Below are positions 10,148 through 19,524 of a DNA stretch of 31,318 nucleotides, piece after piece (the stretch's first letter is position 1; every line of letters starts with the position of its first letter). Made by a program: the position numbers and the translations under genes. The notes under the pieces were generated by a model. The model was not told the DNA's origin. It saw nothing but the letters and a program-made list of their open reading frames with translations, and searched no databases. This DNA comes from Nitrospirota bacterium. Its GTDB lineage: Bacteria; Nitrospirota; UBA9217. The DNA lies in assembly GCA_963741205.1 (NCBI GenBank), contig CAVUHW010000016.1:1-31318 (forward strand), written 5' to 3'.

Positions 10148-11329
10148 ATGTTTCGTTCCCTGAAAGCACTCGCTCTAGTGTTCGGTATCATGGCCGCCGT
10201 GGCCGCCCTCGCCCTTGCGCAGGAAACAAGGTCCGTTTCCGCCGAAGGCGTGGCCGCTATCCAGGGCAACGCGAAAGACATCGCGCGCGACGCGGCGATC
10301 GAGGACGCGCAGAAGCGGGCCGTCGAACAGGCGATCGGCATTCTCATCGACTCGCAGACCCAGGTGGAAAACTACCAGTTGATCAGCGACAAGATCCTCT
10401 CGCAGACCAAGGGGTACATCACACACTACAGCATCGCGAAAGAGTCCGTGGACAGCGGGCTCCTGCGCGTCCTCATCAACGCCGATGTCTCCTTGGGCAA
10501 GCTGACGGACGACCTCTCGGGCATCGGAATCCTTCTGGGCCAGATGCACAAGCCCCGGACCATGATCATGATCGCGGAGCAGAATATCGGCCATGACTGG
10601 CACGCGTGGTGGTGGGGAACTCAGCACGAGCAGACCGACATGGGCGTCGTGGAAAACACCTTCGTCGATATCTTTACTCAGAAGGGGTTCGAATTCATCG
10701 ATCATGCGGCCGCGGCGAAAGAAATCGCGGTGACACCCGCCTACAAGACTCAAGACCTGAACGCCCAGCAGGCGCAGATCTTGGGCGGCCAGGCGGACGC
10801 CGAGGTGGTGATCGTGGGCAAGGCGCTGGCAAAGCTCTATGGGGACATCGGCGGCGGAATGAAGTCCGTCCAGGCCGACCTGTCGGCCAAGGCCGTCCGC
10901 ACCGATACGGGACAGGTCATCGCGGCGGCGACCACCCATGCGGCCGCCGTGAATATTACTCCCGAAACGGCGGGGATCGAGGCGCTGAAAAAAGCGTCAC
11001 AAAGCGCGGCCGATCAGATGATGCAAAAGATCCTCGCGGTCTATTCCAAAGAAGCAGGGGGCACGCGGTCCGTCAATATCACCATAAACGGACTGAACAA
11101 GACCCAGTTTGCACAATTCAAGGATGTTCTGAAGAACCAGATGAGAGGCATCAAGGACCTTCACGAGAGGAGCTTCACCGGGACCACGGCGAAGATATCA
11201 GTGGACTCCAAGGTCAGCGCGCAGACCCTTTCCGACGACCTGGTGCTCAAGGACTTCGGGACCTTTGCCGTGGAAGTCGTGGGCTCGACGGCCAATTCGC
11301 TCGAGCTGAAGGTAACGCCGAAACAATAA
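10148..11329 (+). CDS. Secreted protein with FlgT-like N-terminal domain
   Basis: AGGAGGTG RBS, signal peptide (ALA-Q), VSAEGVAAI...ARDAAIEDAQKRAVEQAIGILIDSQTQVENYQLISDKI pattern; 393 aa. Confidence 0.75.
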   Translation: MFRSLKALALVFGIMAAVAALALAQETRSVSAEGVAAIQGNAKDIARDAAIEDAQKRAVEQAIGILIDSQTQVENYQLISDKILSQTKGYITHYSIAKESVDSGLLRVLINADVSLGKLTDDLSGIGILLGQMHKPRTMIMIAEQNIGHDWHAWWWGTQHEQTDMGVVENTFVDIFTQKGFEFIDHAAAAKEIAVTPAYKTQDLNAQQAQILGGQADAEVVIVGKALAKLYGDIGGGMKSVQADLSAKAVRTDTGQVIAAATTHAAAVNITPETAGIEALKKASQSAADQMMQKILAVYSKEAGGTRSVNITINGLNKTQFAQFKDVLKNQMRGIKDLHERSFTGTTAKISVDSKVSAQTLSDDLVLKDFGTFAVEVVGSTANSLELKVTPKQ

Positions 11330-11333
11330 AAAT

Positions 11334-11462
11334 CAGGAGTCAGGAGACAGAATACAGAAGCCAGAAGAAAATCGCAGTCAGGGAAGCGTTCTCCTGACTC
11401 CTGACGGATGCCAGTCCCGACGAAGTCGGGAATTCCTGTCTACTGTCTCCTGACTCCTGTTC
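11334..11462. repeat. Inverted heptamer arrays (CAGGAGT / CTCCTGA) enclosing a TCCCGAC-GAA-GTCGGGA hairpin; likely terminator between convergent genes
   Basis: caggagt caggaga cagaata cagaagc cagaaga ... ctcctga ctcctga ... ctcctga ctcctgt. Confidence 0.7.
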
Positions 11463-11464
11463 TT

Positions 11465-12361
11465 TCACCCCACCCCCACCATTCTCTTCGCCGAGATCAC
11501 CGTGTTCTTAAGCAGGATAGCGATGGTGACCGGCCCCACGCCGCCCGGCACCGGCGTGATCAGAGACGCCCTGCGGGAGACCGATTCAAAATCAACATCA
11601 CCGACGGTCGCCCCGTCCGCGAGCACATTGATCCCGATGTCCACCACAACAGCCCCCTCTTTCACCATGTCGGCCTTGATCAGGCCCGGGCGCCCCGTCG
11701 CCGTGCAGAGGATGTCGGCCTGCCTCGTCTCCGCGCCGAGGTCCGCGGTCTCACGGTGACAGACCGTGACCGTGGCCTCCCGCATCAGCATCATCATGGC
11801 AAGCGGCTTGCCCACGGCGAGGCTCTTGCCCACGATGACGACCTTTTTACCCTTCGGATCTATGGTGTAGTGCTCCAGCATCCGCATCACACCGTAAGGC
11901 GTACAGGGCAGGAACGTTGACCGGACCGAAAGCGTGAAGCCCGGTTCGAAAAGCTGGGTCGTGGATTCATCGGCCGAGAGCCTGCCCACGGAAAAGGCGC
12001 CCTGGCCGTCTATGTCCTTTTCCGGCGCTATTGCATTCACGACCTTGCGGGTGTCGATATGGCGGGGAAGCGGCATAAAAACCAGGATGCCGGTTGCGCG
12101 TTCGTCATGATTGAGGTTTTTGATTAGGTTCAGAAGTTCATTCAGGGATGCCGCGGCCGGTATGGCATGGTTGAAGACATCGATTCCGGCCCGGACCGCC
12201 GCGCTCTGGATGGCCTGGTAATACATGCGGGACGACCGGTCGTCGCCCACCAGCAGAAGGGCAAGTCCGGCCCTGATGCCGTGTTTTGCCAGGCGGGAGG
12301 TTTCCTCCTTGACCGCCGCAATGATCTTCGCAGACAGCTCGTGTCCTTTCATCAACTGCAT
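11465..12361 (-). CDS. folD: FolD-family methylenetetrahydrofolate dehydrogenase (cyclohydrolase residues substituted)
   Basis: KDIDG, PCTP, VGKP, VVDIGIN, GDVDF, ITPVPGGVGPVT. Confidence 0.93.
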   Translation of the reverse strand: MQLMKGHELSAKIIAAVKEETSRLAKHGIRAGLALLLVGDDRSSRMYYQAIQSAAVRAGIDVFNHAIPAAASLNELLNLIKNLNHDERATGILVFMPLPRHIDTRKVVNAIAPEKDIDGQGAFSVGRLSADESTTQLFEPGFTLSVRSTFLPCTPYGVMRMLEHYTIDPKGKKVVIVGKSLAVGKPLAMMMLMREATVTVCHRETADLGAETRQADILCTATGRPGLIKADMVKEGAVVVDIGINVLADGATVGDVDFESVSRRASLITPVPGGVGPVTIAILLKNTVISAKRMVGVG

Positions 12362-12467
12362 GGTTGAACCTCCCCAATATTTTTTATGCGCACAGAAATG
12401 CGCCGTGAAACATTTCGGTCCTTACCCACGTTTTTGAAACGATGCAAGGGAGTACTCAGGCCTGCCT

Positions 12468-14084
12468 TCACTCCCGAAGGCACTCGAGCTCTTTTTGCAC
12501 GGTCTTCCTGAACTCCTTGACCTGACGCCGCCGTTCGTCCTCATCCCATTGAAGCTCAATCCCGGCTGCCTCGGCGATCTTTTCCGCTTGTCCCAGGCCG
12601 CGGGAGCCAGTCGTGCCGATATGCATCCTGCGCAGGATGATGTCCGAAAGCGTCCTGGCGCCCTCTTCCCGGACACTGTAAACGACCTGGGCGTATACGT
12701 CCGCGCTTTCAGGGGAGATCGTTTCACCCATCCCCCGCTTCGCAGCCGCGAGCCCAAGCACCCTGTCCGCGCGGGACCCGTAAAGGCCGATCAGGTGGCG
12801 CACGAGCTCGGGCCGCGCCTTATAGCGAGCCGACCACTCGGGCGTCGCCTCTCGAAGGAAAAGCTCATAGTCCATGGAAAGATGCCCGGCCAGCGGCTTC
12901 CGGGCGGTAACGCATGCGGCCCTTACACCCAGGGCCTTGCAAGCCATGTCGACCGCGTCCTGAGCCATTCCGCGGTAGGTCGTCAGTTTCCCGCCCGCGA
13001 TGGTGATGATCCGGCCCGATCTTCCCTCCCTGACGACCCGGTGCTTTCGGGATATCCTGGACTCGTCGTCGCCGGCGAACGCCAGGGGCCGTATGCCCGC
13101 GTAGGTGTAGAGGATCGCCTCGCGGTTCAGGGCGAGTCCCGGCAGGACCCGTCTGCTTTCCGTCAGCAAATAGTTTACCTCGTCCGCGTAGGCATGGACC
13201 TCGTCCAGATCGCCGCCATACTTCGTGTCCGTGGTGCCGATCAGCGAGCAGGCGCCGAAGGGAATGATGAAGAACATCCTGCCGTCGCGCGAGGCGACGA
13301 AGAGCGCCTGCTCCGTGAGCTTCGGCAGCACGAGGTGGATGCCTTTCGTCGGGTTAATGATCCGGGCATGGTCGAGCGAGGCGGCCTTTCGTACGTCGTC
13401 GATCCAGGGACCCGCCGCATTGATCAGCACTTTGGACCGGAAGGTATGCGAAACGCCCGTGAGCGCGTCCCGCGCCAGGACCTCCACACCGCCATCCGTC
13501 TCCTCGATTTTTTCCGCCCGGATATGGTTCAGAAGCGCGGCCCCGGCTTCCCTCGCCGACAGGACGTTTTCGATAACAAGCCGTTCGGGCATCGGCATCT
13601 GATGGTCGTAGAAAAGCGCGCTGCCTGCAAGGCCGTCCCGGTTCAGCCGCGGTTCGAACCCGAGCGTCTTTTCCCTGTTCGAGGTGAAGTAATGAGGGAT
13701 GTCCTTTTCGCGCGACAAAAGATCGTAGAGGCGTATCCCGATGGAGATCACGGCCCTGCCGTGCGGATCATCCCGGTAAATAGGGATCAGGATCGGCATG
13801 GGCCGGACAAGATAGGGGACCTGATCGCGGAGGACGGCCCGCTCGCGAAGCGATTCCGCGACCAGGTCCAGCTCGAAGTTGGCGAGATACCGGAGGCCGC
13901 CGTGGATCAAGCGGGTCGATTTGGACGAACTGCCGGAGGCGAAATCTCCCTTTTCAAGCAGCAGGCACGACAGCCCGCGAAGGGCCGCGTCCCGCGCGGC
14001 CCCCGCGCCGGTTATCCCGCCGCCGATGACGATGAGGTCGTAGATGTGATCTTGGTGTATTCGTCTCGTTTGCTCATGCGCCAA
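12468..14084 (-). CDS. glpD: FAD-dependent glycerol-3-phosphate dehydrogenase/oxidase (true start may be ATG 14077 with a frameshift)
   Basis: DLIVIGGGITGAG, DFASGSSSKSTRLIHGGLRYL, NAAGPW, KGIH, GTTD, AGIRPL, GGKLTTYR. Confidence 0.95.
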   Translation of the reverse strand: MAHEQTRRIHQDHIYDLIVIGGGITGAGAARDAALRGLSCLLLEKGDFASGSSSKSTRLIHGGLRYLANFELDLVAESLRERAVLRDQVPYLVRPMPILIPIYRDDPHGRAVISIGIRLYDLLSREKDIPHYFTSNREKTLGFEPRLNRDGLAGSALFYDHQMPMPERLVIENVLSAREAGAALLNHIRAEKIEETDGGVEVLARDALTGVSHTFRSKVLINAAGPWIDDVRKAASLDHARIINPTKGIHLVLPKLTEQALFVASRDGRMFFIIPFGACSLIGTTDTKYGGDLDEVHAYADEVNYLLTESRRVLPGLALNREAILYTYAGIRPLAFAGDDESRISRKHRVVREGRSGRIITIAGGKLTTYRGMAQDAVDMACKALGVRAACVTARKPLAGHLSMDYELFLREATPEWSARYKARPELVRHLIGLYGSRADRVLGLAAAKRGMGETISPESADVYAQVVYSVREEGARTLSDIILRRMHIGTTGSRGLGQAEKIAEAAGIELQWDEDERRRQVKEFRKTVQKELECLRE

Positions 14085-14708
14085 TCGTTGTTTACGGCTT
14101 CTCTGGCCAGTCCGGCAGCCAAAAGACAGCGTTCCACGTACAGATGAAGTCCGCTACCTGGGGAATATGATCGATCCACTGAAAGTCGCGTGGTGCTCAT
14201 CCAATACGCGGTATGTGATCTCGTGGGCCAGCCGGGTACAGAAAAAAACAACTATTGATGCTATGGACAGAAATCCCTGCCAGGTCTGTCGGGAAAATAG
14301 TCTCCGCGGTATGAATGAGCGGACCTACGTGACACTCCATTGCCCAATTCCTTCCGCAAGCCTTTCGCTGAGCCGTCTCGCGCATCATTTCCGGCCTTTT
14401 GCAGTACCCTCCCGCCGGGCAGCCCACCATCGGCCCTGCAGGCGGATTTTCCGCTCAGTACCAGAAGATGACCGATCCCCTGAGCCACGAACGGCGATAT
14501 CGACGCATCGCAATGGGAACATTTTCGAGGATTTGATGGTACAACTCTGTCCGGAATAAATCGTATCGACATAGATGAGATTCCTTTGCCTTGTTCAATC
14601 ATCTTGATTCGAACCGAAAGCGTTAATGGAAACTGGTTTCCCGATAGAAGCATTGTCGCTTATTACTCGGGTTCTGTTCTCGCACAAGATTGATCCGAGA
14701 GCCTGCGG

Positions 14709-15406
14709 CTACCTGCCCATTTCATCAACCACCTTTTTCAATACCCCCGGCCTGTTCGAATAGATCCCGTCCGCTCCCCAGGAGGTGAGCTTTTTCATCT
14801 CCTCTTCCTCATCCACGGTCCATACATACACCTGAATGCCCCGTTCATGGCAGGCCTCGATAAGCCTCTCGCTGACTGTCATCTTCCTGAGACTGATGAT
14901 CCGGTAGCCTTTATCCGCGTAGGCCGGGATATCCCGCGCCGTGAAAACGTCGAAAATCAGCGATACGGGCAACCTCGGCAGTATATGCCGGACGGCGAGC
15001 ACCTCTTCTTCCTTGAATGATGAAACGAGCACGTAGCCCTTGTAATCCGACGAGGCGAGGTATTCAGCAGTCGACAATCCCGAGCCTTCACTCTTAAGTT
15101 CCAGGTTCAGGCCCGCCTTGCCTGCAACGGCCTTAATGGCATCCGTCAGCGTCGGGACCGGCTCTCCGTTATTAAGCGACACGCCGGCGATCTCCGCGGA
15201 TGTCGAACGTTCGAGGTCGATATTTTTCCCGGCGGTCCGGTGTGTCGTCCGGTCGTGCATGACATAAAGCACGTTGTCTCGGCTCTTCCGTATGTCGAGC
15301 TCGATCATGTCCACGGGATATGAAGCGCGCGATGAATGGCTTCAAGCGAATTTTCGAGGGCGTTGGACGGATCTCCGCGGTGGGCAATCACGAGGGGAAT
15401 TGTCAT
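14709..15406 (-). CDS. Glycerophosphodiester phosphodiesterase (GlpQ/UgpQ family; frameshift near 15316)
   Basis: MTIPLVIAHRG..ENSLEA, IELDI, VMHD, NLELK, SSF, VWTVD, GADGIYSNRP. Confidence 0.93.
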
Positions 15407-15471
15407 GAAGGAAGTATACCAGATGATAAGAACAGCGTCTTACAAAGGCGACTTGAACGGAAGGGATTAAA

Positions 15472-15533
15472 TCTCCTGACTCCTGACTGGATGCCTACTT
15501 CTGACGTAGTCTGTAACTTCTGTACTTCTACTG
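15472..15533. repeat. Degenerate heptamer array (CTCCTGA/CTTCTGA)
   Basis: tctcctga ctcctga ctggatg cctac ttctga..cttctgta cttcta; same unit as 11334-11462; overlaps the patatin stop. Confidence 0.6.
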
Positions 15534-16487
15534 CTTCCCCCCCGTCACCTTTTCCATGATCTTGTCCTTGATCGACCGGATCTGATCGACGAGCCCTTTC
15601 TCCGGCGCGGCGGTCCTGTGAAGGATGGTCCGGATGGTGATCAACTTTGCGTGGGCGGCCGTCTCTCCCTGCTTGTAGAGCTCCCGGGGGTTGCTGAAAT
15701 CGGCCCAATGGATCTCGCCCACATCGGGGTGAATAACGAGGTCGGCGTCACGGGCCAGAAGTTCGTTCAGATAGATCCTCGATACCGCATCTGCGCGAAG
15801 GATGATGTCGAGCCCCGACTTGTCGTCAACAAAGGGCGCCACGTCGCTCGACACATCCACGGCGATCACGATGTCGGCGCCCATTTCGCGGGCGCAGATG
15901 ACGGGCACGCGCTCGACCCAGCCCCCGTCGATCAGGAGCATGCCGTTATGCTCGACCGGGGGGAATATCCCGGGCAGGGCGCAGCTCGCGCTGACCGCGG
16001 TCCTGAGACGCCCTGACGTGAACGCGATGCGCTTGCCATTCCTGATGTCCGTGGCCACGCAGGAGAAGGGTATTGAGGTTTCCTCGATGGCGATGTCCGG
16101 GATCAGGGGGTAGATGAGGTTCCGGTACTCCTCTTCGCCGATGAAGGCGGACTTTGTGGCCGTGACCCCCCAGAAATACCCCTTGCGGATCAGGGCCGCC
16201 GCGTCGCTGAAAAAACCGTGGCCGTTCGAGACCGGCTCTTCGAGCCTGCGGACAAACTCGAGGCGGGTCCTGCGGGAGCGGAAGCTTCGGAGAAAAATCT
16301 CCACCCGGTCCATCCAGTAGGAGGCGTCCGGCCGGGACGCATATTGAGCGCCGATCAGGGCCCCCAGGCTCGTGCCCGCGATCATGTGGACCGGGATCTT
16401 GGCGTCTTCGAAAACCTTTAATACGCCGAGATGGGCAAGCCCCCTTGCCGCCCCTCCTCCCAGTGCAAGACAAATCTTCGGCTCCAT
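15528..16487 (-). CDS. Patatin-like phospholipase
   Basis: LALGGGAARG, GTSLG nucleophile, DGG; ATG 16487 after GGAGGAG. Confidence 0.93.
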   Translation of the reverse strand: MEPKICLALGGGAARGLAHLGVLKVFEDAKIPVHMIAGTSLGALIGAQYASRPDASYWMDRVEIFLRSFRSRRTRLEFVRRLEEPVSNGHGFFSDAAALIRKGYFWGVTATKSAFIGEEEYRNLIYPLIPDIAIEETSIPFSCVATDIRNGKRIAFTSGRLRTAVSASCALPGIFPPVEHNGMLLIDGGWVERVPVICAREMGADIVIAVDVSSDVAPFVDDKSGLDIILRADAVSRIYLNELLARDADLVIHPDVGEIHWADFSNPRELYKQGETAAHAKLITIRTILHRTAAPEKGLVDQIRSIKDKIMEKVTGGKQ

Positions 16488-16605
16488 CAACTCCTCCGTC
16501 TGAGAAACCACCGGTTTGTGCCGCGTACCAGAGTTATTCAACAGCCTGTCACATCGCTCGCACGGACCTGCTCGGATACGGCAGAAATGCTGTCAAGGGA
16601 CGGGG

Positions 16606-16896
16606 CTATGCTCCAGCAAACCTCTTCAACGAATGCATGATATCATCGGTGTCAAGGTTGCCTTTGATGCCGTGCTCGGAAAACAGTTGCAGCGTCTCTA
16701 TCTGGTTGAGGCCAAGCAGTCTCGATGCGGCGGCAAGAGATACCTTGCCCGCTCTGTATCTCTCCGCCATATAGGTCTCGAAACCAATGGCGATCAATTT
16801 TCGTATCGCCGTCGTTTCCTCGATCTTCTCTTCTTTTTCAACAAGGGCCACGGCATCGAGGAGTTCGATCGGCATTCGTATCGACTTCGTTTTCAT
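16606..16896 (-). CDS. UPF0175-like putative antitoxin (RHH-like N-term, HTH C-term)
   Basis: MKTKSIRMP..; YRAGKVSLAAASRLLGL; overlaps the toxin stop (ATGA). Confidence 0.75.
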   Translation of the reverse strand: MKTKSIRMPIELLDAVALVEKEEKIEETTAIRKLIAIGFETYMAERYRAGKVSLAAASRLLGLNQIETLQLFSEHGIKGNLDTDDIMHSLKRFAGA

Positions 16897-17372
16897 CTGG
16901 CGCTCCCCTTCTCGATGAATAATTTAACGGTATGGTACTCGCTTTCACTGATATGCACGGCAAGGTCGTCAAGACCCTTCAATGCCTCAATTGATTTCAA
17001 TGAGCCCAGCTTATGCATGACCGCAATACAGGTAGCCGGCGTCAGATAGGGAATGCCGAACAGTTTCAATTGCCGGATGAATTGTTTGTCATCGCTGCCA
17101 ACGGCGTCGAAGCCCCCGGCCCGGAACAAAACCACTGCCTCTTGCTCCCCGTCGGCTTTTTTCGGTCCCTGCACTGCAAGGACCTTGATGCGGCCGCGCT
17201 CGATGTTGTCATCGATGATGACCGCATCGGGAAGCTCCTTCGCTTTCCCGTTATCAACGACTTCCTCTTTTACGCGACGCGGGATGCAAAGTGAAAAAGC
17301 CTGGCACACACGCTCCTTGAGGCCCGCCTTGGTCAGCTTGATGAGGCAGTCCGCATCCATGATAAGCTTCAT
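16893..17372 (-). CDS. PIN-domain (VapC/DUF3368-like) putative toxin
   Basis: LIMDADCLIKL, VKEEV, DGEQEA, SDD acidic PIN residues. Confidence 0.82.
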   Translation of the reverse strand: MKLIMDADCLIKLTKAGLKERVCQAFSLCIPRRVKEEVVDNGKAKELPDAVIIDDNIERGRIKVLAVQGPKKADGEQEAVVLFRAGGFDAVGSDDKQFIRQLKLFGIPYLTPATCIAVMHKLGSLKSIEALKGLDDLAVHISESEYHTVKLFIEKGSAR

Positions 17373-17407
17373 GTATTACATTGTAACTTATAGATGACAA
17401 ATGTCAA
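17372..17407 (-). promoter_or_regulatory. Sigma70 promoter of the TA operon with palindromic operators; leaderless start
   Basis: TTGACA-16 bp-TACAAT, 7 nt before ATG; palindromes TTACA-T-TGTAA and TGACA-AA-TGTCA. Confidence 0.65.
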
Positions 17408-17549
17408 GGAATTTTACAACGGCAAAGGGAGGAATCGTCGTAGCCCTCCGTGACAAAAAGGGGCTGGGGAGACGCTTAACCTCGGGGTGCGCCGTAGCGA
17501 AATTCGGACACCGGCTATTACAAAAAATGACCTCGCCAATGAAAAACCA

Positions 17550-17591
17550 TTGACAATACAACGTCCTCATGGTATGTTCATTCCATGAACA
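17550..17591 (+). promoter_or_regulatory. Sigma70 promoter plus inverted-repeat operator for the MarR-type EPS regulator
   Basis: TTGACA-17 bp-TATGTT (TG-extended); TGTTCAT-N3-ATGAACA covers the -10 end and the ATG. Confidence 0.7.
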
Positions 17592-18219
17592 ATGACCGCA
17601 CCGCCCCTCCCGGGGCGGACCAGCACCGGTCCCTGCAGATACTCGACGAGCTCGCAAACAACGATTCCCTCACCCAGCGCGACTTGAGCGGCAAGCTGGG
17701 CATCGCCCTCGGCCTGGTCAATTCCTATATCAAGAACCTCGTGGCCAAGGGATACATCACGGTCAAGGCCATTCCCCGAAACGGTACGCGTATTATCTCA
17801 CGCCCAAGGGATTCACCGAGAAGACCCGCCTTACCTACGATCTTCTCCATGACTACACCCGGATCTACCGCGAGGCGCGAAAGAACCTGAAACAGCTCTT
17901 CCATGACATGCAGAAAAGCGGCATAAAGCGGATCGTCTTCGCCGGGGCGGACGAGGTGGCCGAGATTGCGTACATCACGCTGCAGGAAACGACGCTGGAA
18001 CTTGCCGGCGTCGTTGATGGAGAGCATGCCGGCGAGAAATTCTTCGGCAGGGGGATACAGCCCCTCTCGGCCGTTAAACAGATGCAGTACGACAGCATTG
18101 TCGTTACGACCTATCTCAAACGGGATGCCGTTACCGCGGAGTTGATCGCGCACGGCGTGGCCAAGGAAACCCTGCGGGGGATCTTTAGCGCGCATGTAGA
18201 TGTGATGGTTCTCGTATAG
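17585..18219 (+). CDS. MarR-type winged-helix EPS-associated regulator with C-terminal Rossmann-like domain (frameshift near 17778)
   Basis: LTQRDLSGKLGIALGLVNSYIKNLVAKGYI..YYLTPKGF.EK.RL; IVFAGADEVAE. Confidence 0.88.
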
Positions 18220-18394
18220 TGAGCAAGTAGAACACCATGGGATATGCAACAGTGTAGAATTCCTTAATGCATTTGCCCTGCAGTTGATCCGCCCCAGGTG
18301 AGGTTAATATATCCCTGCAGCAACAGAATTTCATATGACTACCCGAAGACTGACCTTGTGTATTGCCACGTCATTGTTTTAAAGAGGAAGTTGG

Positions 18395-19520
18395 ATGTCT
18401 GAGCTTAAGAAAAGAACGGCGGTAAATATAGGAATTACCGGCATGACGGTACTTTCTACCTCCGCCGTTCAATTTTTTTCAAGTATCATCCTTGCGAGGC
18501 ATCTTCTACCCACGGACTACGGCATCGCAGGGTTCTCTCTCATATTCATCAATTTTATGGCCCAATTCAGCGATTTCGGCATGGCGAACGCCCTCATTCA
18601 AAAAACGGATGCTGATGATGATCTACTGTACACGGGCTTTACGCTCAAGATCCTGTTCAGTGTGCTTACCTTTGTGTTTCTGGTTACTCTTGCACCTATA
18701 TCCCAATTTTTTACTGACATCCCGGAGATTATCTCGGCAGTCCAACTGCTCTCTTTGGAATTTGCTCATCTCTGTGTTTACCTTTCTTCCACAGGTGACT
18801 CTCACGAAGGAAACTGGGATCTATAGAACTCTCCTACCCGCAAATTATAGGCGCGACAGGAGGCGCCTTTTGTGCCATCGTTATGGCTTACGCGGGGTTT
18901 GGCTTCTGGAGCATCATCGCAGGCTCTCTCATTAACAGCCTGGGCATCACGATGGCGTTGAATCTCATACGGCGACTCGAAATTTCATCTTCGCTTTGCA
19001 AAAGATCGTGCTCGTCACCTGCTTTCGTTCGGCAGCCATCTTTTTATACCAGGCGTCATAGCATTTTTCATCTTCAATGCTGACAATTTCGCCATCGGCG
19101 CCCTCAAAGGGTGCGGAACAGCTCGGCTACTATGCCATAGCTTTCAATTGGGGTTCGCTCATTTGTGTCCTTCTTGCAGGTATTGTTCATCAGGTGCTTT
19201 TCCCTACGTTCTCTAAGTTTCAGCACGACCTATTAGCAATGAAAGGGGCATACCTCGAATCGCTGAAATATGTTGCCTTCATCGCGGTGCCCTTCAATCT
19301 CTTTCTCGCCGTATTGGGCAGGGAGTTCCTCTATCATATCCTCGGCGGTAATACTGAGAGGTGGCTTCCGGCTCTGCAGCGCTGCAGATACTATGCCTGT
19401 ATGGAGTTTTTCGGGCATTGCTTGAGCCGTTGGCGAACGTAATCACCGGGATCGGAAAACCCAGCCTATTCATCAAGACTTCCCTTCTCGTTGCGGTGCT
19501 TCAACTGACACTCCTCTATG
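18395..19520 (+). CDS. wzx: Wzx/PST-family polysaccharide flippase, frameshifted and truncated at the junction
   Basis: ILARHLLPTDYG, FSDFGMANALIQ, GFGFWS, LGYYAIAF, VLFPTFS; sequence changes character after ...LQLTLLY. Confidence 0.85.
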
Positions 19521-19524
19521 CGCG

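Noticed and set aside
11334-11462. Possible CRISPR array
   Set aside because: Short heptamer arrays without a 23-47 bp repeat/spacer period, and no cas genes.
12495-14147. 550-aa plus-strand ORF and other long antisense ORFs (e.g. 1702-2697, 6338-7132)
   Set aside because: These are shadow frames opposite well-identified GC-rich genes, with no recognisable motifs.
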